The position numbers were made by a program, and so were the translations under genes. DNA of 64,000 nucleotides from Nitrospira sp. (lineage in GTDB: Bacteria > Nitrospirota > Nitrospiria > Nitrospirales > Nitrospiraceae): positions 2,784,001 through 2,848,000 of the forward strand of contig AP038806.1 of the NCBI GenBank assembly GCA_047150005.1, in the 5' to 3' direction. The notes below the pieces were generated by a model. That model searched no databases. It was not told where the DNA came from and saw nothing but the letters and a program-made list of their open reading frames with translations. Shown in pieces: positions 38,111-49,235 of this stretch. Position 1 is the stretch's first letter. Each line of letters starts with the position of its first letter.

Positions 38111-40267
38111 TTACCATATCGTCGGGGTTCTGGCCATCGCCGGCGTATACAGCATCTCCACATAGTCTTTTACCATCCGCTTGGTGCAGAAGACCGGTGC
38201 CACCGTTCTGATACTTTCCTTGACCAGTTGGAGCCATCCGCGAGGGATGCCATCGATGTCGCGCTGATAATAGAGTGGAACGACTTCCTGCTCCAGCAGC
38301 CGATAGAGCTGTTCGGCGTCGTGACGGTCCTGAGCCTCGACGTCGCCGTCCCCCAGCGGTTGAATGCCCCAGCCGTTCGCCCCGTTATACCCTTCTTGCC
38401 ACCACCCATCGAGCACACTAAAATGCAACGCTCCGTTGAGCGCTGCCTTCATGCCGCTTGTGCCGCTGGCTTCCATTGGAAAGCGCGGAGTGTTCAGCCA
38501 GATGTCCACGCCCTGTACGAGGTACTTGGCCATGTGCATCTCATAGTCTTCCAGGAAGGCCACCTGACCTCCAAACTTGTGGTCCTGGCAATAGCTCATG
38601 ACCTCGTGAATGAAATAGCGCCCCGGTTCGTCGGCCGGATGAGCTTTGCCGGCGAAGATCAGCTGGACGGGCCGCCATTGGTCGTGGAGAAGGCGTTTCA
38701 AACGTTCAAGGTCGGCAAACAGCAATGTGGCCCGTTTGTACGTGGCGAACCGTCGCGCAAAGCCGATCGTGAGCGCCTCTGGGTCGAGCAACGTGCCTCG
38801 GGCCAGCACCTGCGAGGGGTGGAGCTGTCCCTGCATCCAGCCGGAGCGGACCCGCCCTCGGATGAAGCGCATGAGTTTGCGCTTCATCGTCTGGCGAACG
38901 ACCCAGAGTTCATGATCGGGAATATCGACGACCCGCTGCCACATGGCCGGATCGTCGCAGCTCTCGGCCCACATCGGGCTGAGGGATTTGCTGTACAGCC
39001 TGTGAAGATCCGGAGAAATCCAGGTCGGCGCGTGGATGCCGTTGGTGATGCTCCGGATCGGCACCTGTTCAACGGGGAGCCCGGGCCAAAAATGTTGCCA
39101 CATCTGGCGACTCACCCGTCCGTGCTCGCGACTGACTCCGTTGAGATGTGCCGACAACCGCATCGCAAGCGCGGTCATGTTGAACCCCCGCCCCCGAGAT
39201 TCCGGCGTTTCCCCAAGACCGAGGAATTCCTCACGCGAGAGACCGATCTGATCCCAAAAGCCTGCAAAGTACTTCTCCATCAGGTGATGTGGAAACACGT
39301 CATGACCTGCGGGCACAGGCGTGTGGGTCGTGAACACGGTGCTCTGCCGGACGATCTCACTCGCCTCGGCGTGAGATGTGCCTGCTTGCACGAGTTCCCG
39401 CAGTCGCTCCAAGGTGAGAAAGGCGGAGTGCCCTTCGTTGGCATGCCAGACCGAGGGAACAATGCCCAGGTTGCGCAGAACGCGAACGCCTCCGATGCCG
39501 AGTAGGATTTCCTGGCATAACCGCATCTCCTGGTCGCCTCCGTACAATCGAGCGGACAGGGCGCGGTTCTCAGGCGTGTTCTCGTGCACGTCCGTGTCGA
39601 TCAGGTACAGCGGGACCCGACCGACCTGCACCTTCCAGACGACTGCGGCGACGGTCCGACCGCCTATCTCCACCGCAATCCGACAAGGTTCCCCTGATGG
39701 GGTCAGCGCCGAGTGGATGGGAGACTCCTCGCGATTGAACGCCGCGTAGGCGGCTTCCTGCCAGCCTTCCGTCGTGATGCGTTGGCGGAAGTACCCCTGG
39801 GGATACATGAAGCCGATGCCGACCAGCGGCACACCGAGATCGCTCGCCTCCTTGCAGTGGTCGCCGGCCAGAATGCCCAGGCCGCCGCTGTAAATGGGGA
39901 TCGAGGTGTGGAGGCCGAACTCCGCGGAGAAATACGCGATGGTTTCCTTGAGCGAAGCGGCATGCTGTGTGCTGAACCAGCTACGCCCGTTGGCCCGGTA
40001 CTGATCGAACAGTTTGATCACCGCGGAGTACTGCCGGAGATAGGACGGATCTTCCGCCAGGCGCGCCAGCCGCTCCGGTTTCACGTCCGCGAGCAGCTTG
40101 ACGGGATTGTGCTGGGTCAGAAACCACAGCGTGGGATCAATCGTTTCGAACAGCTGTCGCGCCTCCAACGTCCAACTCCACCACAAATTCTGGGAGAGCT
40201 CCTCGAGGCGGGCCAAGCTGAGGGGCAGGCCGACACGTGCATTCTGAGGGATGTTCGTAGTCTCCAC
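38111..40267 (-). CDS. glgP: Alpha-glucan (glycogen) phosphorylase
   Basis: NLWWSW, YSGGLG.LAGD, NEGH, FTTHTPVPAGHD, GFARRFATYKR, EASGTSGMK (PLP Lys). Confidence 0.95.
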   Translation of the reverse strand: METTNIPQNARVGLPLSLARLEELSQNLWWSWTLEARQLFETIDPTLWFLTQHNPVKLLADVKPERLARLAEDPSYLRQYSAVIKLFDQYRANGRSWFSTQHAASLKETIAYFSAEFGLHTSIPIYSGGLGILAGDHCKEASDLGVPLVGIGFMYPQGYFRQRITTEGWQEAAYAAFNREESPIHSALTPSGEPCRIAVEIGGRTVAAVVWKVQVGRVPLYLIDTDVHENTPENRALSARLYGGDQEMRLCQEILLGIGGVRVLRNLGIVPSVWHANEGHSAFLTLERLRELVQAGTSHAEASEIVRQSTVFTTHTPVPAGHDVFPHHLMEKYFAGFWDQIGLSREEFLGLGETPESRGRGFNMTALAMRLSAHLNGVSREHGRVSRQMWQHFWPGLPVEQVPIRSITNGIHAPTWISPDLHRLYSKSLSPMWAESCDDPAMWQRVVDIPDHELWVVRQTMKRKLMRFIRGRVRSGWMQGQLHPSQVLARGTLLDPEALTIGFARRFATYKRATLLFADLERLKRLLHDQWRPVQLIFAGKAHPADEPGRYFIHEVMSYCQDHKFGGQVAFLEDYEMHMAKYLVQGVDIWLNTPRFPMEASGTSGMKAALNGALHFSVLDGWWQEGYNGANGWGIQPLGDGDVEAQDRHDAEQLYRLLEQEVVPLYYQRDIDGIPRGWLQLVKESIRTVAPVFCTKRMVKDYVEMLYTPAMARTPTIW

Positions 40268-40338
40268 TGCGACTCCTTATGAATGTGAGGCCAAGGCGGT
40301 CGTGAGGGGGATAGCGGAGCACCCCGCGCCGAGTGGGG

Positions 40339-41181
40339 TCAGGCGTGGCCGGCCTTGTGCCAGGAGGTCCACTCGTCCGAGAATGCCACGGATGCGTAGC
40401 GTTCGCCAAGAATTTTTGCAACTCGATTCATCAGCTTGGTCAACTGCTGCACTTCTTCCTGGGTCAGATCCTGGCGGAAGCGTGGATGCAGTCCCCAGCG
40501 GGTTTCCACTTCCTCGCCGGTGACGGTGGACATGACGCTGATGAGCTTGATTTCGTTCCCGGTGGGATTCCTCGATACAGACGCCGCGTCCGTCTGGATC
40601 GCCGAGGCTGACGCCGGCTGCGCGGCGACACCGGCCGTCGGAGGAGCATCTCCTTGCAGGATGGCGGTGATCGCCGGGACAGCCGCACTGGCACAGAGCG
40701 TGGCGGCCGACGTAATCTGTGGATGACCGCTTACGCCGAGCGCCTCCGCCACTCGCCCTCCGAAGACATCGAACATCTCGTTCTTGGCCTTGCTGTCCTC
40801 CGTGATGGAAAAGCGATATCGCTCATAGAGTTGACGGCTTTCCGCCACGGTGCCTCCGATCGTCATCATGATCTCCGACTGGTCCACGTTGGAGCCGAAC
40901 GCCGGTTCCAAGACCGTCTTGAGCTGGGTGGTCACCGCGTCCTCCAACCCGTTCATGAATTCCGGCTGATCCTTGATCGGAATATGGAAGGCCGAAATCC
41001 TGTCCGTCAGGTTGAACATGACTTTGAGGAACTCGAGATAGAGGCCCCACTCGTCCTGACGCTTGAGTTTCAGCGCCTGGTCGGGCGCATTCTTTTTCAT
41101 GACGGTGACTGATTCGCCCGCGACGGCAAGCATCAATTCGGCGAGCGACCGTTGCTGGGCTCCGTATGGCGTCTTTCCCAT
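40339..41181 (-). CDS. Hypothetical protein
   Basis: 280-aa ORF with host-like codon usage; no motif recognised. Confidence 0.7.
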   Translation of the reverse strand: MGKTPYGAQQRSLAELMLAVAGESVTVMKKNAPDQALKLKRQDEWGLYLEFLKVMFNLTDRISAFHIPIKDQPEFMNGLEDAVTTQLKTVLEPAFGSNVDQSEIMMTIGGTVAESRQLYERYRFSITEDSKAKNEMFDVFGGRVAEALGVSGHPQITSAATLCASAAVPAITAILQGDAPPTAGVAAQPASASAIQTDAASVSRNPTGNEIKLISVMSTVTGEEVETRWGLHPRFRQDLTQEEVQQLTKLMNRVAKILGERYASVAFSDEWTSWHKAGHA

Positions 41182-41361
41182 AGAGAAAATAGTATCGTCG
41201 GCCGGTTAAGGTTCAGCTGTCGTCAGAAAGCGCATTATAGCCGAGAGTTCCCTCCGGACTCCAGGGGGCTCCTGCCGAGAGCCGTTTGTGAGGGATCCCA
41301 CCCGCGTTGAAACGGTCTCGACCATAATGTTATACAGCGCAGATATTCCGTACTCTCTTTC

Positions 41362-43392
41362 ATGAATCGAAACATCACGCCGTACATTCTGAAGCGGACT
41401 GCGGACGAAGCCGTGCCGCGCAAGCTGTCGATCGACTACGCGGCGGCGTTGAATCCGCAGCAATTGGCCGCGGTGACGGCCGGCGACGGTCCGTCGCTCG
41501 TGATTGCAGGGGCGGGGAGCGGGAAAACCCGCACGCTGGTCTATCGCGTTGCATATCTCATCGATTCGGGTGTCGATCCCTCCAACATCTTGCTGCTCAC
41601 ATTTACAAGAAAATCGGCGCAAGAAATGCTCGAGCGAGCCGGCGAGCTGATCGGCTCGCGCAGCGGCCGCGTGTGCGGCGGCACGTTCCACTCGGTCGCG
41701 AACATGCTGTTGCGCCGCTACGGGCGAGCCATCGGGGTGGAACCGGGGTTCACGATCTTGGATCGCGGGGATGCGGAAGATCTCATCGCACTTGTGCGGT
41801 CTCAGTCGGGACTCAACGAGAAGGACAGGCGATTCCCCCGGAAGGGGACGATCGCCGAGATCTTCAGCAAAGCCGAGAACACGTTGCGAAGCCTGGACGA
41901 CATCGTCCTGGAGGAATTCAGCCATTTCGCCGACCATCTGGATGCGCTGGGGCAACTGCAGAAGGGCTATCAGGCCGCGAAGCGGCAACGGCAGCTGGCG
42001 GATTACGACGATCTGCTGGTCCTGCTCCGGCGATTGCTGACGGAAGACCTGCATGCCCGGGAGGCGATTTCCCAGCTGTATCGGTACATCCTGGTCGATG
42101 AGTATCAGGACACCAATCGTCTGCAGGCCGACGTGATCCGCAAGCTCGCTTCGACGCATCAGAACGTGATGGTGGTGGGGGACGACAGCCAGTCGATCTA
42201 TGCATTTCGCGGCGCGACGTTCAGGAATATCATGGAGTTCCCGACGCTCTTTCCCGGCGCGACGATCTACAAGTTGGAAGAAAACTATCGCAGTACGCAG
42301 CCGATCTTGAATCTCGCCAATTGCATCATCGAAGAGGCGGCGGAGAAGTACAGCAAGCACCTGTTCACGCGCAAACTGGACGGGCCGCTGCCGACGTTAG
42401 CAGAGGCGGCGGGTGAGAATGCCCAATCCCGCTTCATCGCACAAAAGATCCTCGAACTCCGCGAGGAAGGCGTGCCGCTGGGCGAAGTGGCCGTGCTGTT
42501 CCGCTCGAGCTTCCATTCGTTCGATCTGGAGATCGAGCTCTCCCGTCGCGGTCTGCCGTTCGTCAAGCGCGGCGGCGTCAAATTCATCGAAACGGCGCAT
42601 GTGAAGGATCTGCTGGCGCACCTGCGCGTGGTCGCCAATCCGCTCGACGCAGTCAGTTGGCACAGGGTGCTGATGTTGGTCGAAGGCATCGGTCCGAAGA
42701 AGGCGCAGGATCTGCTGGCGTCGTTGGTCAAATCGGATACACCGTATCGGGTCTTGCGGGACCAGGGCGGACGATCGGGCCAAGGGTTGAAAAATCTGGC
42801 CCACACGCTCGAGAGTCTGGCCGCCTCGACCGTTCTGGGGACGGCAGAGCAGGTGAATCACGTCTATGAATATTACCTCCCGATTCTCAAGGAGCAGTAC
42901 GACGACTATCCCAAGCGAACCAGGGATTTGGATCACCTGCATACCATTGCGGAGGGGTATCCCGATGTCGGGCAGTTTCTCGCCGATCTTGCACTGGAGC
43001 CTCCGGACGGGAGCGCGGTGGACGTGGAAGCGCCAGACCGCGACGATGAACGGATGGTCCTGTCCACGATCCATTCGGCCAAGGGATTGGAGTGGCAATG
43101 CGTATTCGTGATCTGGATCGTCGACGGAAAATTTCCGTCTCTCTATTCGTTCGTCACGGATGAGGACTTGGAAGAAGAACGCCGCCTGTTCTATGTCGCG
43201 GTCACCCGCGCGAAGCGTCATCTCTATCTCACCTATCCGATCAATGTGTTCGATAAGAGCAGCGGGATGCTGCTTTCAAAACCCACTCGGTTTCTCGATC
43301 ATGTCTCTCCGGCCCTGTTCGAGCAGTTGGCCCTCATTGAAGAAGAGGGGGAACAGGCCGACTGGCGCCGCTATCGGGACGATTCGTACTGA
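41362..43392 (+). CDS. UvrD/PcrA/Rep-family SF1 DNA helicase
   Basis: AGAGSGKT, VDEYQDTN, VGDDSQSIYAFRGA, ENYRST, STIHSAKGLEW, EERRLFYVAVTRAK. Confidence 0.95.
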   Translation: MNRNITPYILKRTADEAVPRKLSIDYAAALNPQQLAAVTAGDGPSLVIAGAGSGKTRTLVYRVAYLIDSGVDPSNILLLTFTRKSAQEMLERAGELIGSRSGRVCGGTFHSVANMLLRRYGRAIGVEPGFTILDRGDAEDLIALVRSQSGLNEKDRRFPRKGTIAEIFSKAENTLRSLDDIVLEEFSHFADHLDALGQLQKGYQAAKRQRQLADYDDLLVLLRRLLTEDLHAREAISQLYRYILVDEYQDTNRLQADVIRKLASTHQNVMVVGDDSQSIYAFRGATFRNIMEFPTLFPGATIYKLEENYRSTQPILNLANCIIEEAAEKYSKHLFTRKLDGPLPTLAEAAGENAQSRFIAQKILELREEGVPLGEVAVLFRSSFHSFDLEIELSRRGLPFVKRGGVKFIETAHVKDLLAHLRVVANPLDAVSWHRVLMLVEGIGPKKAQDLLASLVKSDTPYRVLRDQGGRSGQGLKNLAHTLESLAASTVLGTAEQVNHVYEYYLPILKEQYDDYPKRTRDLDHLHTIAEGYPDVGQFLADLALEPPDGSAVDVEAPDRDDERMVLSTIHSAKGLEWQCVFVIWIVDGKFPSLYSFVTDEDLEEERRLFYVAVTRAKRHLYLTYPINVFDKSSGMLLSKPTRFLDHVSPALFEQLALIEEEGEQADWRRYRDDSY

Positions 43393-43395
43393 TCC

Positions 43396-44277
43396 GTGCC
43401 GCAATCGCTTGTCCACATGATGCGACCGTTCCGTGACCGGAGCCCCGTTCTATGCTTGCTGTGCTGCTGGTGCCTTGCCTTGATTTCACCGGTCGGAGCG
43501 GAAAAGACGTCCAACCACATGTGGAGGCAGATTGTGGCCGAGGCGGAACGGCTTGGATTGCCCGTGAAGTTTCTCAAGGCCGTGCCACCCGACTTCGTCA
43601 CGTTCGAATTCGACGATCTCCAGGCGTTTGCTGCGGAGTATCATCTCGGCGAGCATCGAATGGTCTTGAATCGTACGCTTTCGTTTAACGTCGCCGGAGG
43701 CACCCTTCGGCCGCTGAGTCGCCTGACCAACGGTGAAATGGAAACGCTGTACCATGAGCTCTTTCACGCGTACATGGACTACCTGGCGACTGACGGTCGG
43801 GGGGACACTCTGGCATTCGCGCGCAGGCAGCAACAATGCCGGTACGGTGCGGTCTTGATCAATCCGGTCGTGCAACGCAGGACCGAGACGGAGGAACGGT
43901 TTCTGAGCGAAGTCGAATCGTGGGAAGCGTTGAACGAGGCGTGGGCGGTTTTCATCGGGTGGGCAGTGTGGAGTCAGTTGGAATCAGCCGGCCGGACTGC
44001 CCTGTCGCTTCAGAAGTCGGGAAAACCACGGGCGGCTTGGCTTCGCCGCCTGGAGGACGCAGACCGCGAGGGAAAACTTCGCGGCTACTATGAACCGGAG
44101 AATCCCGAGGAGCGGGCCATGGCGCGGAAGCGGTTTCTGGCTCCGGCTTCCCGGATCTCACCGGAGGAAGTCCGCCATCTTATGAAGGAGGCGCTGGGAT
44201 TTCCCGACGATCTGATCAAGCAGGCAGACCAGGTACTCCGTTCCGGCAGGCCCCCTCGGCATTCTCACTTGTGTTAG
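43396..44277 (+). CDS. Exported hypothetical protein with HExxH motif
   Basis: Signal-like leader; LYHELFHAY and downstream EALNEAW; start uncertain (43396/43417). Confidence 0.65.
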   Translation: MPQSLVHMMRPFRDRSPVLCLLCCWCLALISPVGAEKTSNHMWRQIVAEAERLGLPVKFLKAVPPDFVTFEFDDLQAFAAEYHLGEHRMVLNRTLSFNVAGGTLRPLSRLTNGEMETLYHELFHAYMDYLATDGRGDTLAFARRQQQCRYGAVLINPVVQRRTETEERFLSEVESWEALNEAWAVFIGWAVWSQLESAGRTALSLQKSGKPRAAWLRRLEDADREGKLRGYYEPENPEERAMARKRFLAPASRISPEEVRHLMKEALGFPDDLIKQADQVLRSGRPPRHSHLC

Positions 44278-44480
44278 CCGTGTCTGGTCAGGGAATTTCA
44301 TAAAAATTGCCCGCTTATGGTGTGGTGATTCCGGACAAGCCATTAGCGGGTCGATGGGCCTCCGGATGAAACGACTCTCCTCTTGGACATGAATCACGGA
44401 GTTTGAGCGGTTCAGGGTAACGTCTCAGACCGCAGAGCGGCCGCCGAAAAGAAAAAGTTGTGCCGCCGGCCTTCTCCCCC

Positions 44481-44509
44481 TTGACTTCAAAAGACTTCAT
44501 CAATAGAAT
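44481..44509 (+). promoter_or_regulatory. Sigma70 promoter of tRNA-tuf operon
   Basis: TTGACT-17 nt-TAGAAT. Confidence 0.7.
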
Positions 44510-44674
44510 CGAGCGTTTCTTGAACAAGGCTCTGTCCCCAGTTCAGTACTTTATCCTTCTTCAAAAGGGAATTAGGTGCTGTACATGGACGAGCCTGCTC
44601 TGCTTTTCTCGTCCGCGACGATGAAAGATGAAAGAGGACGAGGTTTTCTATTGAGCATCTGTCGTTACCTGTTC

Positions 44675-44759
44675 GGGCAGGTACCCAAGTGGCCAAAGGG
44701 GGCAGACTGTAAATCTGTTGCCATCGGCTTCCAAGGTTCGAATCCTTGCCTGCCCACCA
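44675..44759 (+). tRNA. tRNA-Tyr(GTA)
   Basis: GGGCAGG acceptor, GCAGA-CTGTAAA-TCTGT, long variable arm, GGTTCGAATCC, CCA. Confidence 0.96.
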
Positions 44760-44769
44760 AAGCGGGCAG

Positions 44770-44842
44770 GTGCTGAGAGAGAAGTGCTGAGTCCTGAGGA
44801 GATGCAGGAATGAAGGGTACTCAGGACTAAAGGCTCAGCACT
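44770..44842. repeat. Inverted heptamer-repeat hairpin (GTGCTGA/TCAGCAC family)
   Basis: GTGCTGAG..GTGCTGAGTCCTGAG ... CTCAGGACT..CTCAGCAC. Confidence 0.65.
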
Positions 44843-44851
44843 GAAAATAGG

Positions 44852-44926
44852 GCGGGCGTAGCTCAGCGGTAGAGTCCCAGCCTTCCAAGCTGGCTGTCGT
44901 GGGTTCAACTCCCACCGCCCGCTCCA
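44852..44926 (+). tRNA. tRNA-Gly(TCC)
   Basis: GCGGGCG, CCAGC-CTTCCAA-GCTGG, GGTTCAACTCC, CCA. Confidence 0.96.
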
Positions 44927-45029
44927 AATGGGACGGGAGACGTTTTTGACCGAATGTGAAGCGGGGCGAGCGGAATCGTCCTGAAGGATTGTCCGATTGA
45001 TACACATCAGTTCACGAGTGACGAGGAAC

Positions 45030-45105
45030 GCCCACGTAGCTCAGTTGGTAGAGCACGTCCTTGGTAAGGACGAGGTCACGCGTTCGATCCGCGTCGTGGG
45101 CTCCA
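45030..45105 (+). tRNA. tRNA-Thr(GGT)
   Basis: GCCCACG, CGTCC-TTGGTAA-GGACG, GTTCGATCC, CCA. Confidence 0.96.
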
Positions 45106-45106
45106 C

Positions 45107-45165
45107 ACAGAGCTTGCTCGACCCGGAGCGCTTCTCGTAATGCGCGACGGGATGGACGTCTCAAG
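45107..45165 (+). repeat. tRNA-trailer structured element, copy 1
   Basis: ACAGAGCTTGCTCGACCCGGAGCGCT...GCGCGACGGGAT...CTCAAG, repeated at 46830-46887. Confidence 0.7.
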
Positions 45166-45266
45166 GGTCTGGAATATTCAGGATCTCGATCAGGCCGGTT
45201 GCCTATTGAATGATTCCTGGTGACCGGATGAATTCTTGAGTGCTTTTCCGAGAAAAGGAGTGATGT

Positions 45267-46472
<1,206 letters not shown>

Positions 46473-46513
46473 GGTAAGGGACTGTGGTCCTCTGACCGCA
46501 TGGGAGTAAAGCG

Positions 46514-46663
46514 ATGCGAGAGATTATCGATTTGGCTTGTACCGCCTGCAAACAGCGGAACTATTCGACCAACAAGAACAAAAAGAACGATCCGGACCGG
46601 TTGGAGCGAAATAAGTTCTGCAAGTTCTGCCGGAAACATACGCCCCACAAGGAAGTGAAATAA
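46514..46663 (+). CDS. rpmG: 50S ribosomal protein L33 (Zn-binding form)
   Basis: Manual translation [49 protein letters not shown]; below ORF-track cutoff. Confidence 0.95.
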   Translation: MREIIDLACTACKQRNYSTNKNKKNDPDRLERNKFCKFCRKHTPHKEVK

Positions 46664-46666
46664 GCG

Positions 46667-46740
46667 CTGAGTGCTGGGTGGTGAGTGTTGAGTTGTGGCG
46701 TTCAAGGTCGGAAACTCAGGACTCACCACCCAGCACTCAG
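46667..46740. repeat. Inverted heptamer-repeat hairpin
   Basis: CTGAGTGCTGGGTGGTGAGTGTTGAGTT pairs 26/28 with AACTCAGGACTCACCACCCAGCACTCAG. Confidence 0.75.
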
Positions 46741-46753
46741 TACCGCCGAGCGA

Positions 46754-46828
46754 AGGGGCATAGTGTTAATGGCAGCACGTCGGTCTCCAAAACCGAAAGT
46801 CTGGGTTCAAATCCTAGTGCCCCTGCCA
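46754..46828 (+). tRNA. tRNA-Trp(CCA)
   Basis: AGGGGCA, TCGGT-CTCCAAA-ACCGA, GGTTCAAATCC, GCCA end; typical position before secE. Confidence 0.96.
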
Positions 46829-46829
46829 T

Positions 46830-46887
46830 ACAGAGCTTGCTCGACCCGGAGCGCTCATGATGGGCGCGACGGGATAAGCACCTCAAG
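46830..46887 (+). repeat. tRNA-trailer structured element, copy 2
   Basis: Same 26-nt 5' block and GCGCGACGGGAT/CTCAAG blocks as 45107-45165. Confidence 0.7.
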
Positions 46888-46977
46888 TGAGGTTGTTGTT
46901 TCGAAGAAGTGTTTGCACGAGCGCGAAACTTTCGATGGCTCTTGCTAGCGGAGAGAGGCTCAGGGAACAGGAGTGCG

Positions 46978-47172
46978 ATGTTTAAACGGATGATCGATTC
47001 GGTCAAGACATTCTTGACCGATGTGCGCACTGAACTCAAAAAGGTGTCTTTTCCCACCCGTGCGGAAACGATCGGGTCGACTACCGTGGTGATCGTCTTT
47101 TGTGTGTTGATGTCTCTGTATCTCTCGGTCATCGATTCGTTCCTGGTGTGGTTAGTCGGAAAAATTCTCTAG
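46978..47172 (+). CDS. secE: Preprotein translocase subunit SecE
   Basis: ELKKVSFPTRAE + single TM; AGGAG RBS. Confidence 0.93.
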   Translation: MFKRMIDSVKTFLTDVRTELKKVSFPTRAETIGSTTVVIVFCVLMSLYLSVIDSFLVWLVGKIL

Positions 47173-47315
47173 TGGGGGATTTGGAGATTCATAGTGGTCT
47201 CCTTTCGGGGGAGACCTCGGATAGCCGTCGCTCCGCGAGGCGGTGGACGGGAAGTGTCGGAACGATCATGACATCTGCGCCATTGTGGCTTGAACCAGCG
47301 ATTCGAGGATAGGGC

Positions 47316-47852
47316 ATGGGAAAAAACTGGTACGTCATCCACACCTATGCAGGCTTTGAGCAGCGGGTTAAGACCAGCTTGCATGAGCGAGCCAACCAAA
47401 TGAGCCTCGTCGAGCAACTGGGGCAGGTGTTGGTGCCCACCGAGGATGTGATTGAAATCAAGGATGGGAAGCGCCGGACCTCTCGACGAAAATTTTTTCC
47501 CGGCTACGTGCTCGTCGAGCTCGAAACCCCGTTGACGGATGAGACGCTTCAGATGATCAAGGAGACGCCGAAGGTCACCGGTTTCGTCGGGGGCGGCGCG
47601 CAGCCGACGCCGTTGACCGGCGAAGAAGTGGCGGAATTGCTCAAGCAGGTGGATGCGGGAAGTGCCGGGCCGCGCGAACAGGTGAAGTTCATCAAGAGCG
47701 ACAACGTTCGGATCGTCGACGGTCCCTTCATGGGATTCAACGGCATGGTCGACGAGGTTGATCAGGACCATAACCGGCTCAAGGTGATGGTGAGTATTTT
47801 CGGGCGATCGACGCCGGTGGAGCTGGGGTTCTTGCAGGTAGAACGAATCTGA
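47316..47852 (+). CDS. nusG: Transcription termination/antitermination factor NusG
   Basis: WYVIHTYAGFE, FFPGYVLV, VTGFVG, KOW GPF, IFGRSTPVEL. Confidence 0.97.
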   Translation: MGKNWYVIHTYAGFEQRVKTSLHERANQMSLVEQLGQVLVPTEDVIEIKDGKRRTSRRKFFPGYVLVELETPLTDETLQMIKETPKVTGFVGGGAQPTPLTGEEVAELLKQVDAGSAGPREQVKFIKSDNVRIVDGPFMGFNGMVDEVDQDHNRLKVMVSIFGRSTPVELGFLQVERI

Positions 47853-47946
47853 AATGTGCAATGTGGAATGTTCCATGTTGAATGCCGGGCGGGATCAAGC
47901 TTGTACCGGCCAGTTCAACACGTAACATTCACCATTCGACATTCGA
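47853..47946. repeat. Inverted heptamer-repeat region (AATGTNN / NNCATTC)
   Basis: AATGTGC AATGTGG AATGTTC CATGTTG AATG ... AACATTC ACCATTC GACATTC. Confidence 0.6.
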
Positions 47947-47958
47947 AGGGGAAGGACA

Positions 47959-48384
47959 ATGGCGAAGGAAGTTTCCGCGCAAATCAAGTTGCAGATCCCG
48001 GCTGGTAAAGCCAACCCGGCGCCTCCGGTCGGGCCGTCGCTCGGTCAGCACGGCGTCAACATCATGGAATTCTGCAAGCAATTCAATGCAAAGACGCAGA
48101 AGGAAGGTGACAGCATCATTCCGGTGGTGATCACCGTGTACAAGGACCGAACCTTCACCTTCGTCATGAAGACGCCGCCGGCTTCGGATCTGCTGAAGAA
48201 GGCCGCCGGCATCATCAAAGGGTCGGGCGTGCCGCAGAAGGACAAGGTGGGAAAGATCACCAGGAAGCAGCTGAACGAGATCGCCCAGAAGAAGCTGGCG
48301 GATTTGAACGCCGCCGACTTGGAGGGAGCCGTCAAGATCATCGAAGGCACGGCCCGCAGTATGGGCGTGGTCATCCAAGGCTAA
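47959..48384 (+). CDS. rplK: 50S ribosomal protein L11
   Basis: [32 protein letters not shown]. Confidence 0.98.
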   Translation: MAKEVSAQIKLQIPAGKANPAPPVGPSLGQHGVNIMEFCKQFNAKTQKEGDSIIPVVITVYKDRTFTFVMKTPPASDLLKKAAGIIKGSGVPQKDKVGKITRKQLNEIAQKKLADLNAADLEGAVKIIEGTARSMGVVIQG

Positions 48385-48409
48385 CGACGAGACAGAAGGA
48401 GTGCCTGGT

Positions 48410-49102
48410 ATGAGAAAGAAAATGAAAGCCGCGCTCGACAAGGTTGAGCCCCGCCAGTATCCCCTGCGCGAGGCCGTAGGTGTGGTGAAGAGCGCCGCGT
48501 ATGCCAAGTTCGACGAATCGGTCGATCTGGCCATCCGTCTTGGCGTTGACCCGAAGCGTTCCGACCAGATGGTACGGGGTACCACGTCGCTGCCTCACGG
48601 CACCGGAAAGAAAATGCGTGTTCTGGTGTTTGCCAAGGGAGAGAAGGAGCAGGAGGCGCGCCAGGCCGGTGCGGACTACGTCGGGTCCGATGATCTGATG
48701 GAGAAGATCAAGGGCGGGTGGATGGAGTTCGATTCCGCCATTGCAACGCCGGACCTCATGGCCGCGGTAGGAAAACTGGGCAAAGTTCTCGGACCTCGCG
48801 GACTCATGCCCAATCCCAAGACCGGGACGGTGACCTTCGAAGTCGGCAAGGCAGTCGGAGAAATCCGAAAGGGACGGGTCGAGTACAAAGTTGAGAAGGC
48901 CGGTATCGTGCAGGTCCCCGTGGGCAAAGTCTCTTTTAACGCCGATCAGTTGTATGAGAATGCCTCAGCCGTGCTGGAGGCGGTGGTGAAGGCGCGACCG
49001 GCTTCGTGCAAAGGCCGCTACTTGAAGAGCGTGACCATCTCAAGCACGATGGGTCCGGGAGTCAAGCTCGATGCCGCGGCGATTGCCAAGGAGTGGAGCT
49101 GA
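48410..49102 (+). CDS. rplA: 50S ribosomal protein L1
   Basis: [40 protein letters not shown] favours ATG 48410. Confidence 0.97.
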   Translation: MRKKMKAALDKVEPRQYPLREAVGVVKSAAYAKFDESVDLAIRLGVDPKRSDQMVRGTTSLPHGTGKKMRVLVFAKGEKEQEARQAGADYVGSDDLMEKIKGGWMEFDSAIATPDLMAAVGKLGKVLGPRGLMPNPKTGTVTFEVGKAVGEIRKGRVEYKVEKAGIVQVPVGKVSFNADQLYENASAVLEAVVKARPASCKGRYLKSVTISSTMGPGVKLDAAAIAKEWS

Positions 49103-49235
49103 GGCGGGGCAGCAAGGATCTGCGTGCCAGTTCGACCGCTCGGGGAGTTCTGTTCCGGCTCGGAGCTTGTTCCTAAGAGTTGCGAGGGTCATCGACGGTG
49201 GTCCGCAGTCGTCGCGAAGGAAGAGGGGGAGTGAG

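Noticed and set aside
49071..49235. N-terminal extension of L10, or a definite L10 leader RNA
   Set aside because: L10 homology and RBS start at 49236; a leader is expected by position but I could not identify its consensus structure.
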